This document shows, piece after piece, positions 12,065 to 25,580 of a DNA stretch of 64,000 nt. The stretch spans positions 165,726,001 through 165,790,000 of the forward strand of contig OZ024741.1 in assembly GCA_964016885.1 (NCBI GenBank). Reading direction: 5' to 3'. Position 1 is the first letter of the stretch. Each line of letters opens with the position of its first letter. Source of the stretch: Eledone cirrhosa (taxonomy: Eukaryota). Made by a program: the position numbers and the translations under genes. Under the pieces are notes generated by a model, which did no database searches, was not told the DNA's origin, and saw only the letters and a list, made by a program, of their open reading frames with translations.

Positions 12065-12402
12065 ACCTTCGTCCTTTCCAACAAGAAATGCTCCTGTTGA
12101 TTCAATCAATGAAACTTCCTCCTCATGAAATGAATATGTAAGTGGTTGAATATGCCACAGACAAGTGCACTTTTAATGTAATTCTCAGGAAGATTCAGCA
12201 TGACAATGCGTAACAAAGCTGGCCCCTTGAATTACAGGCACAATTTATTTTTGCTAGCTGAGTAGACTGAAGCAATGTGAAGGCCTGTAGCTTAGTGGGT
12301 AGGGACTTTAGCTCAAGATCATTGTGAGTTGCATGCCTGAGCCAGGCAGTACATTAAGTCCCAGAGCATGATGCTTTATTTCATATTACTCCAGTTCATA
12401 TA

Positions 12403-12753
12403 CAGTTGTCCCCCGCTATTCATGGGTGTCATGTTCCTAGAGCACTCGCGAAGAGTGAAAAACTGCGAATATTGGACATGGTCCATAAAAATGCCTATAA
12501 ATGTCAAAATATAACATAAAAAAGAAGGCGCATCTTATGTGAAGGAGCGTACAATAGGCCAGCAAATATGGTATATTGTTATTAATAATTTAGTATTAAA
12601 AAAATATATATTGCCACATAAAAAGCCATAAGAAAAATTGCAGAAAATATTTACGATTCCGTGAATATATGGTTGTTTCTACGAAAAATTATTAGTTAAG
12701 TCCTAAGGAAAAATGCACAAATAACCAGGGCTGCGAATGTCGGGGGTACACTG
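12403..12753. mobile_element. Tc1/mariner (Tigger/pogo-like) MITE nested in an old SINE
   Basis: TA|cagttgtcccccg...cgggggtacactg|TA; interrupts a degenerate SINE head at ~12283-12400. Confidence 0.75.
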
Positions 12754-14228
12754 TATAAAACACAGGAGATTTCTTCTAAAGTGAGAGAATGAGGAAGAAT
12801 CAACCCCAGTATTGAACTGATACTTCTTTCATTGATATTGAAAGGATGAAAGGCAAAGTAGCACTCAGTGGGAGTTTGAACACAGAGCATAGAGAGCCAT
12901 AATTAATATTGAAAAGTATTCTATCCAAATTCTAATGATTGATTCCACTGGTTTGTTGCCTCAATAATCAAAAGGTCTTAAAGTCAACTTGGCAAAGACC
13001 AAAGTTCCAGTTCCAGATCCCTTCTGGGAAATGGCCCTGCTCAGTGTGTAGTTTTAAAGTAAGGTCCTTAATTCTTAATGTGATGAGGTCACAGTGCTGT
13101 TTTGCACTTTTGAGAATGTCTTACTAATGTGGTTTTATGTTATACAGGAAATTAAAATTTAAATACTATTCAACACTGTCCACTACACCTAGATATTAAT
13201 AATATATCCTACTAATGCATTAATCAGGTTACAACTTAATTTACCATTTACAAATACTTTGTTTTAATACTTTTGACCAACCATTCATTGTTTTGGTTTG
13301 TTTTTAATTAACTATATATTTCCTTGTAGTTGGAAAACATTATGTATTTTTTAAATAAACATAATTAAACAAGGCAGTCTAGTTGATGATTGCCTACCAA
13401 CAGCTGCTTAAATGAAATAATAAATATGGTTGCTGCCAATTGAATCAATACAGATTGTTTGATGATATTAGTAACACCACTATATGATCAAGGCAATAAC
13501 CTAAAATAGACTGTTCCACCTAGATATAAACATGTAACATATGGTACAGTTCATCACTATTATGAACTGTTCTACTTTTTGAGAACTAGGTGACATGTAA
13601 AGGACATGAGATTGTATTTTAAGAGTTATTTTCAGTTTAACATTTTTATGACTGTATTTCTAATAAAATACACTCTATTTCAATTAATTAATGAACAATT
13701 TTGAGAGATTTACTAAAATTTTTAATCATGAAGATTTGAAATAAATGAAATAGTTCTAGTCCTACTTAAAATATGGTTCTTATGTTACGTTAGAAGACTT
13801 TAATTTAAATAGAGCTCTTTAAAATGGGTACTATTGTTTCAAGATGGCATCCTTACGACACCATAAAGAGTTAAGGTCTTTTAAGCTTCTTAATGAATAT
13901 CTCTTCAAAGAAGATATTCTTGCAGATAAAATATCGATGTTAAATGATCTAAACATAAAAATATGGAGGAAAATACAAGAAACAACATATTAAAATTTGG
14001 TTATAAACCAAAAGCTAACAGCAATTACTACTATGTGGCACCTTCAGCAAGAACTTTCTAGTATAGTCTTGAACTGACCAATGTCTTATAAAGGGAACTA
14101 GGGAGAAAGAATCTGTGCAGAAGGCCATTGTGGTTATATTATTATTATTATTAATGCACTGGGGTAATTGCTAGCCTTGTGCCAATAGTAGAAACAATTA
14201 TTATTATTATTATTATTATTATTAAGAG

Positions 14229-14500
14229 CAGTGGATTAGCAGTAAAGCATCGGACACCAAGCTTCATGACACAGAGTTACGGCCCTTTACGTTCTGAGTT
14301 CAAATCCTGCCCAGGTTAGCTTTGCCTTTCGTCCTTACGAGGTCGATAAAATAAAGCCCCAGTAATACACTAGGGTCAATTTAATCAAATTTCCCCAACT
14401 CCCAAATTGCTGGCCTTGTGCCTATAGTAAAAACAATTATCATTAATGCACTGGGATAATTGCTGGCCTTGTGCCAAAAGTAGAAATAATAATTATTATT
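14229..14500 (+). mobile_element. SINE family B copy with extra isolated tail
   Basis: Family B consensus; isolated tail copies at ~14152-14210 and ~14444-14500. Confidence 0.85.
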
Positions 14501-14584
14501 ATTGTTAAGACATATATACCCAAATCATATCAAAGTATCAACAAAACGTTTCAAGATTGATCATAGATTATATATGATTTAGAG

Positions 14585-14896
14585 CAGCGCTACTTAAAGT
14601 GGTGGTCCGCGGACCGGTGCCGGTACGCAAGCCATCAGCTACCGGTACACGGCCAGTGTCCAGGCCATGCTAGGGAATCATTTGAACAATTTTTTTTATT
14701 ACTTTTTTATATGTTTTGATATTGTATTATTTGTTTACAAAATAAATAGGAGATAAAAAAATGGTCAACTATTATTATATTCATTATATATATCGTTTCC
14801 GGTATAAATTAATATTACTACAAAATATTAGCGGTACGTGGTACATTGAAAAAAAAAAATGCCGGTCTGCCACATCAGATAGTTTGAGAAGTACTG
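14585..14896. mobile_element. hAT (Charlie-like) MITE
   Basis: Perfect 8-bp TSD atttagag (14577-14584 and 14897-14904); imperfect TIRs cagcgctacttaaagt/agtttgagaagtactg. Confidence 0.88.
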
Positions 14897-15219
14897 ATTT
14901 AGAGTATCTACACTACATTCCTTAAAGTATGGTGTACTGTGTTGAATAACTGTCTTACTAGTCTCAATTAGTAAAATATATGTATGTAAACAGAAATAAT
15001 GAAAATAACAAAACAAACAGCACTGCACATGGAAGAAATATATTAGTTTAATGCTTGAAATAGCAGGAAGAGAGTCTCAACGTTTTGGAGACTAGTACTA
15101 GATAGAGTTGGAAATAGAAGATAAATAGAAGGTAAAGAGTGATAAGAGGAAGGAATAGGAAAAATGAGAAAATAAGACAAAAATTGGGAAGAAAAAACGT
15201 GTATATTCAGTCATATATA

Positions 15220-15970
15220 TCATCATCATCATCGTTTTACGTCCGTTCTTCCACTCTAGCATGGGTTAGACGGGTTGTCCTGTTGTGGGCAGTGTCTGGT
15301 TGGCTGACCTTGGCTTGCTAATATGGGAACTGATTCTGGCTTGATTTCTACAGCTGTATGCCCTTCCTAACATCAACCTCATTTACAGTGATTGCTGGGT
15401 GCTTTTTCGTGGCACCTACACGTCCACTTTACAGTGTGGGCTGGGTGTTTTTTTTGCCGTGGCACCTCAACGACCACCTTGCAGTGGGGGGGTGTGGGGG
15501 CATATTGTCTATATGCTTCAGCTTGTACCCATGGGAGGTCGGGTACTCTGTATTACTGCGTGACGCCAGAGGTCACGGTCGTGTGTCATCGCCTTTGAGA
15601 GGTGTAATTGGGTAAGGTCGGCTTTTATCACCTCATCCCAGGTCATCTTGGGTCTCCCCACCCCGCGGTTTCCATTGACTTCTAGTGCTCTGCACCTTTT
15701 TATGCAGCTGTCATCCTTCATACACATCACATGTCCATACCAACGCAACCGCCTCTCCTGCACACAGCATTTGATTCCTCTTATGCTCAGTCTCTCTCTC
15801 AATTCATTTATGCTTTGTCGTTCGCATATATTACTATTACACATCCATCGGAGCATGCAGGTTTCGTTTCTTTCTAATCTACGTAAGTCTTCCACCTTCA
15901 GCGCCCAGGTCTCACTACCATGTAACATCGCTGTTCGGATACACGCATCATACAGTCTGGCTTTCATTTT
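15220..15970 (-). mobile_element. RTE LINE 3' remnant, related subfamily
   Basis: ORF 15518..15967 is highly similar to the 1484..3238 C-terminus; (CAT)n tail; TA tracts at both ends. Confidence 0.92.
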
Positions 15971-16029
<59 letters not shown>

Positions 16030-16879
16030 GGTTGTGTAGCTTTTTTGTAGTGAATGTGGTTCAGGGCAAGGTAAGAAGAGTAAGCCATAAGGACCTGATA
16101 GGGAGAAGCTAGAATATATTAAAATATAATTAACGAGATAAAACTTCTTTAAAAACGGGGTACATATTGTGTTTTATTGTTTGTTTACCCCGCCGAGGTT
16201 AACTTTACCTTTCATCCTTCCGGGGTCGATAAAATAAAGTACCAGTAATACACTGGGCGATTGCTGGCCTTGTGCCAAAAGTAGAAACAATTGTTTGTTT
16301 ATATGTAGAAAGATGAGTGTGTGAGAGTTAATTTTAGAGTTAGAAATAGAATTAATGTTAGTATAGTTACTGTAAATGGTCACATAGCTACAGTCTATGA
16401 GCCTTGTACTGGGTTAGTATAGGTCACTTGATATATATATATTTGTATTAACAGTTTGACTTATTCATGCATTATCAGTGGTTTCAGAGATGTAAACATG
16501 TCTCTGAAACCATTGATAATGCAAGAACAAATCAAACTTAATACAAGTATTCTTAACTTCCTCATTATGTATGGATTGCTCTTTTCATTAATTTGTACTC
16601 ATATCGATAGTCGATCAACTTTCGTCAAATTGGACCGAGGAAACAATGTTTCCATTGGTCTTTCCAATTGCTAATACTATCTATTGAACTATCGGTCACA
16701 ATTCCCGGTAGAAGGAGCAACGTGAAATAAAGTGTCTTGCTCAAGGACATAACACATCACCCCCTCTCCCCACACACACACACACACACCCGGAATCGAC
16801 TCACAACTTCATGATAGCGAATCCAATTCTCTAACCACTCAGCCAAGCGCCTTACTCATAAATACATGTATATATGCGT

Positions 16880-17235
16880 GCATCATCATCATTTAACGTC
16901 CATTTTCCCCACACCTGCATGGGTTAGACAAGTTGTCCTGTTGTGAGCAATGCTAGGTCAGGTGACCATGTCTTGCTCATACAGAACAAATCCTAGCTTG
17001 GTTTCTACACATTTAGTGTGGTCTGGGTGCTTTTTGTCATGACACCTACACGACCACTTTACAGTGTGAACTGGATGTTTTTTGTCATGACACCTACGTG
17101 GCCACTTTACAGTGTAGACTGGGTGCCTTTTGTCATGACACCTACACAACCACTTTACAGTGTTGTCTGAGTGCGTTTTGCCATGTTACTGTCGCAACCA
17201 CTTTACAGTGTGGGCAGGGCGCTTTTTGTCATGTG
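16880..17235 (-). mobile_element. RTE 3'UTR remnant with expanded ~38-bp internal tandem unit
   Basis: About 5-6 copies of a cactttacagtgtg..ctgggtgctttttgtcatgacacctacac-like unit. Confidence 0.75.
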
Positions 17236-17849
17236 AGCTAGGTACTTTTTGTGCATGTATGTGTTAAGTACCACTTGTGCCTGTGGCGATGTTTGTTTAT
17301 GTTAATCATAAAGAAGACACCCCTTGCCTAGTGGATGAATAGATCCATAAGAAAAGATCAGCAGATCATTTAAAATTAAAAGAACATAAGAGTCAGTATT
17401 AGGAAGGTCATATGACTGCAGCATATTGCATCCCAAAGTCTCATCGAACCCATGGAAAAGCAGATGTAAAAATGACAATGCTGATGATGAGGATAGTGAT
17501 GATAACGATGTTCATGATGATGATGATGATGATGATGATGACATCAGCAAAATCCTACATCATTCTATTTTATAAACGATTCTTCCTAATTAGGAATATT
17601 GATCAATTTAGAGTAAACTCAGTATCCTGCTATTGCTTCTGTTGTAATTATCCTCAACTAAGCTCATAGTTGTTTTCATTGTTGTTGTTTTTGGCACACT
17701 ACCAAATCCATTTAAATCAACATGCTACACTGGACAAACTCATATTTTCACCACTCCTATCTATTTCTCAGTATTATTATATTCAAATTTATCATAATGT
17801 AATTGTACTTATGCAAAACTACTTTAGTGCACAACTACCTTGATCATGA

Positions 17850-18230
17850 AATGTGAGAGTCCCTAACGAAAAAAATAATTGTAATAACAGTTGATCATTA
17901 TAGATAATTGAAGTGGATTGCGGTGGATAGGCAGTATTGGTAGAGGGTCGGACAACATGCTTCGTAGCATAGAGTTATGGCCCTTTGAGGTCTGAGTTCA
18001 AATCCTGCCGAGGTCAACTTTGCCTTTCATCCTTACAGAGTTGATAAAATAAAGCACCAGTAATGTACTGGGATAATTGATGGCCTTGTACCAAAAGTAG
18101 AAACAATTGTAGATAATAGTCAAGAAAATTGGGTAAATTACCTAAGGATAATTTAACCAATTTTCTCAACTATTATTTATAGTGAACAACTGTTATTACA
18201 GTTATTTTGTGTTTGGAACTCTCACTTTCT
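17850..18230. repeat. Fold-back element with a SINE B inserted in its left arm
   Basis: gtgagagt..aaaataattgtaataacagttg vs caactgttattacagttatttt..actctcac; inner hairpin at ~18113-18177; SINE at ~17910-18108 flanked by tagataat duplication. Confidence 0.7.
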
Positions 18231-19749
18231 AAATTTCTAGCACTCCCAGTGCTTTAATAATTCATAAGTTTTTTTTTTTTTTCCCATTTTGATCATGTTT
18301 TTTCTCCCCTTTAGCATAAGAGAGCATTCGAGAACTGTTTAAATTGTAATAATCACACCCAATATTAATGTAATTGAAGTAAAATCTCTTACCCAGACAA
18401 AAGAAATTATAGAAATAGATTATTCATAGAGCAGACTTTCATCTATATGCAATGTAGCAGAAAGAAGCAATAGACAGTCTACAGGGCTTGGTATGTTAAG
18501 AGAACCTCTTTGTAAGAGATAACAATAAAGATTTCTAATATTCTTTTTCTTCTTCATTATGGATTGGCAGTATCAGTAGGGAGTCGGACACTATGGTTTG
18601 CAGCATAGAGTTATGGTCATTTATGGTCTGAGTTCAAATCCCGCCGAGGTTAACTTTGCCTTTCGTCCTTATGGGGTCGATAAAATAAAGCACCAGTAAC
18701 TTACTGGGGTTGATTTAATCGACCCCCCCCCCCCCCCCCAAAAAAAAATAACTGGCCCTGTACCTATATTAGAAATCATTATTGTTTTGTCTATGAGAAT
18801 AATTCATCTCAAGGTCTCCAGCACTGGAAGAAACTATCAAACTATCTTCAAAACAAAGAACTGGTCTCAATGTTTGCAACAGAGTGAACTGCACAAAAGG
18901 CACCCGAAAGCCATAGCAGAGTTTGAACTCAGAATGTAACCAGTTGTAACCAATACAGTATGGCATCTCATCCAATGCTCTCACAAGCTGTTGTTCTGGA
19001 ATGGGTCTTTAATTTAATGACTTTGAAAGAATGAAAGACAAAACTAGATTTGGAAGAATTTGAACTCAAAGCACTGAGAGTCAGAACAAGTACCACAATG
19101 CAGTTTGCCCTACACTAACAATTCTGCCAATTTGCCACTGCATATGGAAACTAGTTATGATATAAATACTAAAGTGAAGTACAAAATACCAAAACATTTC
19201 ATAGAGAGATGGCTCAGATTATCAAGAAACTGTATTTCATTCATAACACTTTTACTGGAAGGACTCTTATTGTCATTCAAATATTGGTGCTTGCCTTCTG
19301 AACTGGTTGCTGATTGAACAGAGGAAATATATGATAGAGACTGCTCTTTAGTTATGTTAAGAACTTCTGTAGCATTGGTGCTATGATAAAATACACCCAG
19401 TACACTCTTCAGTGTTGCTGTTTTTTGGGGGGTGGAGGAGGGTCATTTAGCCATAGAATCATACTAAAAAAGTAGAACACATATTTGAAGCATAACACAC
19501 AACTTAACTAGAAGTGCAGTAATTCTAAATAAAATTTTACTTGAACCATAACAACTCCTCCAACCCATGCCAAGCTGATATAAAATGATAATGATGATGA
19601 AATCTAAGAGAACCTACACAAAAGGGGAGAATAAATAATATCGAATATACTGAAAATTTGAAGTATCTGTTAGACACGCAGTGACTAACAACAGAATGTT
19701 TTAAGTTTGCGTGTCTGACATATATGCGTAGCTTGTGAATATCAAATTC

Positions 19750-19938
19750 AAGGGGCGTTTCTGACCGTGGAGATCGCCATTCATGTTTTGTAATGTATCG
19801 TCTTATTGGCTAATCAACCAACAAGAGTAATTGTTGCTCAAAAGCATCCACCATTTTGTTTATTTATCGTTTCGCTTTCGAATCTTCCTCCTGTATTTCG
19901 TCATTTATCATCAAAATATTTTTCTCGTTTTGGTAAGT
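19750..19938 (+). promoter_or_regulatory. Candidate Pol II promoter, non-coding first exon and splice donor
   Basis: Locally CpG-rich unique sequence; ATTGG (inverted CCAAT) at 19805; YY1-like ccaccatttt at 19848-19857; consensus donor G|GTAAGT at 19932/19933 followed by very AT-rich sequence. Confidence 0.45.
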
Positions 19939-20030
19939 TATATTGTTAATTTATATATGATTTTTTTTTATTTATATTAACTATTTTTTTTTTCAGTTCG
20001 TTATAACATGCTTATAATATTGGTTGTATC

Positions 20031-20190
20031 ATATTTACTTGTATATTTGTCCATGTTCGTTTTATGTTAGATTATTTTATTATTATTATGTTAGACTATT
20101 TGTATGTAATATTTACTTGTATATTTGTCCATGTTCGTTTTATGTTAGATTATTTTATTATTATTATGTTAGACTATTTGTATGTAATAT
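20031..20190. repeat. 78-bp tandem duplication (2 copies)
   Basis: atatttacttgtatatttgtcc... starts at 20031 and 20109. Confidence 0.9.
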
Positions 20191-20438
20191 TTAATTTTTA
20201 TTAATTCAACTATAACAATTATTATGTAAAATATATTTATTTAATATTGATTGTTTTTTTGTAGTTGTTTATATTAAAAGTTTGAAAATATTTTTATACA
20301 TTTTACAATAATATTTATAAGATCATTTATAAAATAACAATTATATAATCTAATTACATTACAACGATATTATTATTATTTATTATTAATATATATCATG
20401 TTTAACTAGAGTTATTAAAGCGTTGCCTTAAAAAGATA

Positions 20439-20716
20439 TTAAACTAGACCTGAAAAATGTGCAAGCTCAAAAGAGCCACAGAATGTTATAATAAACCTTC
20501 AAAAGTGTGGGACTAGAGTTATTGCTCAAAAATATTGTAATCATTATCTATCGTACATTGTGGCATCCTTTATAAAAATATCACAATAAATACATCTAGA
20601 GTGTACGATAGATAATGATTACAATATTTTCGAGCAACAACTCTAGTCCCACACTTTTGAAGGTTTATTATAACATTCTGTGGCTCTTTTGAGCCTGCGC
20701 ATTTTTCTAGTTTAAT
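20439..20716. repeat. Fold-back/MITE-like long inverted repeat
   Basis: ~110-bp arms (gaaaaatgtgcaagctcaaaagagcc...tatcgtaca / tgtacgata...gagcctgcgcatttttc) with a ~40-bp spacer. Confidence 0.88.
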
Positions 20717-20907
20717 TTGTTTAGTTAATAATATAAACATCTTGCACTTACAATGCTATTCATATTAAAGCAGAAAAATATCTGTTTAACTTATAAATCA
20801 ACAAATTACAGTTGAAATAACATCTGGGGAGGATTAAAAGATGTTGACCCTTTTGATACCAACCTGCACAAAACTGTTGCTGTTTCTTTGAAACAAAACC
20901 ACACATT

Positions 20908-21133
20908 TTAACCCTTTAGCATTTACATTACTCTATATTTACTATTCTATTTTCACAGTAAACACTTTATCCCACATAATTATCTCATATAATATCGAAT
21001 CTACCTGATTTTGATATTTATTTTGAGAACAATACTTTAACATAGGTATGAGCAGCCAGTTACAGCCAGTTTGAACAGAAAGAGGTGACAGAATTCTGGC
21101 CAGATATGGCCAGTTTAAATGCTAAAGGGTTAA
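20908..21133. mobile_element. piggyBac-type MITE (~225 bp) nested in an older TTAA-type MITE (~20845-21297)
   Basis: TTAA|ccctttagcattta...taaatgctaaaggg|TTAA. Confidence 0.85.
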
Positions 21134-21845
21134 AGGACTCCTACTTTAAACCATCCAAGATAATTTTATATAAAAACATTTTATGTTAAAAATACCATCT
21201 TAATGAAATAAAAATTATAATAAATATTTCCAAAATTCTTCATTAATTAGTTAAAATACAAAGTATTTTATCAGAAATCTGATAACAAAAATGTTAATAC
21301 CGTAAATATCACAGTATCAGTTAAATAAAACCAATTTGTCTTTTTTTGTCTTTTACTCATTAATTTGTAAAGTATGAGTAGTACTCACTGTTATTAAAGA
21401 ATCTTTCTACAAGCTAAGAGAGCAACTACGTGGTCACTCAGCCAGTTAGAAATAGCAGCTAAATCTCCCTCAAATTACATCTTACCTTAAAGGTTTCTAC
21501 ACTGTGTGTCACAATCTGTAGGTGTTGCAAAATAAAGTCAAAAGTGATCAATTTTTACAAATATTTGGCTCTGAAGTATATTTGAGATCTGACAACTCTG
21601 CATACAATTTCATGACACATGACTGGTAACATGTGATATAATATTTAATAATTTTATTTATTTATCAACCAGTTCACCCTGTAAGGTGGTCATGCTGATG
21701 CCATGTCAAAAAGTCTCCGGTCCAACGGGTAAGATGGTCAAGCTGGTGCCTTTACAAAAAGCACCAGTCCATTCTGTAAGGTGGGAGTGCTGGTGCCATT
21801 AAAATAACAGCTTTCTCATTATTAAGCTGTTGTTTCAAACATAAC

Positions 21846-22081
21846 TTAACCCATTAACATTTAAACCTTAAACCAGCCATATCCAGCCAGAATTCTCTCA
21901 CCACTTTCTGTTCAAACTGGCTGTAACCAAATGCTTATATTGATGTTAAGGTAGTGTCTTCAAAATAAATAATATCAAAATCTCATAGATTCAATATCAT
22001 GTGAGATAATTATGTAAAGTAAAACCTTTACAACGAAAAATATAATAGTAAATATAGAGTAATGTAAATGCTAAAGGTTAA
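21846..22081. mobile_element. piggyBac-type MITE copy
   Basis: Same family in opposite orientation; ttaaccc...ggttaa termini. Confidence 0.82.
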
Positions 22082-22749
22082 GAAAAATTCTTATATAAGA
22101 TGGTGGAAGGTTTTTAGATAAATATAAACACTTTAAAATTAACAGCTCTATCATGTAGGACCAGGGGCATTTTCAAGCGATTTGGTATCAAAAGGATTAA
22201 GTATAGGGGAAAACTTAGGCAGGGAAATAGTTTGTAGAGGACCAAGATGAGTGGAAAAAGTAGAATGAAAAAAAATGACTATTCATATAAGAATTTATAT
22301 GAGAAAGATGGACAAATACTCTTTTACTGGTCTCAATCATTAGACTGTGGCCAGGCTATTAATCCATATTTTAGATGTCTGTTTCAGAGACTTGAAGAGA
22401 ATAGAATATGTAGTAGTAGTAGTAGTAGTAGTAGTAAATGGTGGAGGAGATAGTAGTAGTGGTGGTGGTGGTAGTAGAAGTAGTAGTTGGCTGTAGATAG
22501 AGCATATTTTTTTGAAACAAGATGGAACTAACTAGACTGTGGCTAATTGTAGGTCAATTGATTATATTTGGTTGAAAATATATTTTAATTAATTAGTGAT
22601 GTTGGAAGGGGAGAGAAGAATTATGTTTGATTACATCTGGATTGTTTAGATAAAAAATAATTAAAGATAATATAACAAGTAAATATTTATTACTGTTTTA
22701 TTTAGTTAGGTGGGAGGAGCCCAGATAGCAGCATTCGTACAAGATATAT

Positions 22750-23092
22750 ATCATCATCATCATCATTTCATTTTACGTCTGCTTTTCCCTGCTTGCAAGG
22801 GTGGGACGGGAACTGATTCTGGCTTGATTGCTACAGCTGGATGCCCTTCCTAACACCAACCTCATTTACAGTGAGTGCTGGGTGCTTTTTTGCCATGGCG
22901 CCTACACGACCACTTTGCAGTGGAATGATAGGGACCCCAGCCCCTATCATCTCATTTCTACAGCTGAGTAAACTGGAGCAATGTGAAATAAAGTGTCTTG
23001 CTCAAGGAAACAACACAACACCCGGTATGAGAATTGAACTCACAACCTTTCAATTGCAAGGCCAATGCTCTAACCACTAAGCCATGTGCCTC
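22750..23092 (-). mobile_element. SINE family A copy
   Basis: Reverse complement of the 5152-5492 type. Confidence 0.9.
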
Positions 23093-23103
23093 TGTTTACC
23101 TTT

Positions 23104-23214
<111 letters not shown>

Positions 23215-23458
23215 TATTATATCCTATTACTCTAAGGTACAACCTTAATGAGTGCTTTGCTGCACATTCCAGACTGTATATCGTTAGCTTGGCCACACCC
23301 AAAGCTTCGATTTTACTGAACTTCCATTTGTATATATATATAATTCATCGCCGCTATATATATATATGTATGTAAAAGGTAAACAGAAATAACAACACAA
23401 TCGGTACAGTATATAGAAGAAATAGATTAGGTTAACACTTGAAATAACAGGAAGAGTG

Positions 23459-23494
23459 TCTTAACGTTTCGGACACTAGTCCTTCATTAGAAGA
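23459..23494 (-). ncRNA. Minimal type-I hammerhead ribozyme motif with one core mutation
   Basis: Minus strand reads tctt-CTAATGA-a-ggac tagt gtcc-GAAA-cg-tt-aaga. Confidence 0.6.
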
Positions 23495-23591
23495 AAGAAT
23501 GATAAATAAGATAGATTGAAGAGAGGAGCAGAGTGGAATTGGAAAAAATGTCTTTAGATAAAAATAACAGGTCCATTCATGTTGACATATA

Positions 23592-23668
23592 TAGGGTGTC
23601 CCCAAAAATGTATAAACACTTCAACAGCAGATAACTCAAATGTGTATGTATTTTGGGGGGAGACCCTG
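23592..23668. mobile_element. Very short Tc1/mariner MITE
   Basis: TA|tagggtgtccccaaaa...ttttggggggagaccctg|TA. Confidence 0.6.
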
Positions 23669-24695
23669 TATAGATTACATATTTGGTAAATAAGTGAGGC
23701 TATAGAAAACAGTTGTTCATGAAGAGTATATTACACATCATCATTTAACATCTATCTTCCCTGATAGGAAAGGGGTGGACTGAGTCAGTATTTAAGAGGA
23801 ATTATTAACCTCTCAGATAGGTTGGGGGCCTGCATCTTGTTTACATACATTCTTGTGTTCTGCTGAGTGCATTTTATTGTGGCACCAGCATTAGGAAGGT
23901 TGTTATATCATTGCATTGACACAGTTGAAGAGACCTTCTATCCCATTATTTCACAGATTTTCTATGGCTGGATGACCTTCCTGTCCTCAACCACTTTACA
24001 GAGTGAATTGGATGTGTTTGTCATGTAGACCACCAAAACTACGGAGGTTATCATGTCTTTGACATAACTCAAGAGTTCTTCTGACTTTTTGTTTAGCAAA
24101 TAAGTTAGGCCATAGAAAATAGTCTGTAACATTAGATTGAGCATAGTGAATTGGCAAAGTCATCAGGGCACTGGATAGAATGGTTTACAGTATTCTTTCT
24201 GGCTCTCTGCACATCGAGATCAAATCCATCTAAGGTCAACCTTGCCTTTTGTCCCTTCAAGGTCGATTATTCTCTTTCTCTCTCTCTCGCTCACTCTCTG
24301 TATATATATATATATATCTTACTCAGGAAAATCTCAGCTGTGTTCAAACCTAGAGAGGGATGGGTTCATCTTTGTTTAAATGCTCAAAGGTTATGCAGAA
24401 CATCAACTATCTGACAGGTCTCAGAAGGCCAGCAAATGTTGTAGACACTGCTCCTTCTATCAGATCTAACAAATGAATAAAGAAGTGGGGAGGGAAAAAA
24501 ACCAGTGACTTTACAATAAATAAGGCTCTGAACCTCAAAAAACAGACACATGAAGACAAGTAAAATATAGTTTTCAACAAGCAAAAACTGCGCCTTGTAC
24601 AACCTTCATTGGCTATGTCACCACAAACAACTTCCCACTTAGATTCTTTACAACCTGATAAGAAGAAGGTGAATATTTCCTAATATACAACTGTC

Positions 24696-24935
24696 TTAAC
24701 CCTTTAGCATTTTAACCAGCCATATCAGGCCAGAATTCTCTCATCTCTTTCTGTTCAACCTGGCTGTAACCAGCCACTGATACTGATATTAAGGTATTGT
24801 TCTCAAAATAAATAACACCAAAATCTCATAGATTGGAAATTAAGTGAGATAATTATGCATGGTAAATTTTTACCATGAAAATATAACAGTAAATATAATA
24901 GTATATATAGAGTAATTTAAATCATAGAGGGTTAA
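24696..24935. mobile_element. piggyBac-type MITE copy
   Basis: TTAA|ccctttagcatt...gaggg|TTAA. Confidence 0.82.
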
Positions 24936-25580
24936 ACTGATGTTATATAATTGAATCTAGTTAGTTTAGATTTTGCAGCTCAATTTGTGATATTTGTCAT
25001 TGTTTAACCCAATTGGTACAAAACAGCCCTAGTTCTAAAATAGAAATAAAACTGAGTTTTCAAGTTTTTATACTCATCTAAAAACCTTCCATCACAATTT
25101 AATTTAAGAACATTTATGTTATGTTCTAAACATCAGTTTAATAATGAGAAAGATGGTTATATTACTAAATAGCTCCAAATACATGGTTTTCAAAATTATT
25201 TGAAACACATAAGCAGTATTAGAAATATGCTAATGAAAAGGTTAAAAACAAATAAGTAAATTTTTACTATTTTTTTTACATTATTTTCCCAAAGTCCTCA
25301 ATGACATTATCTCATGGTACCCCTTGCAGACTCAACCAATTCATTTTCATTTCTAGATACATTTATAGCCTCTCAATTACAATCAAAACATTTAGCAAGC
25401 AGTAAATAGAGATTCGTTTTCTGAAATTATATCATCTTTCTATGGAATGAATACAGCTCTTGCAAAGCTGAAATCAATGTAAATAGCTACTCAACTTTCA
25501 TTTAAGTAATTTGAAGACAAGATAAACAATTGCAACACCTAGACTTAAGTCTTTGTAAAAATATATATATATATATATAT

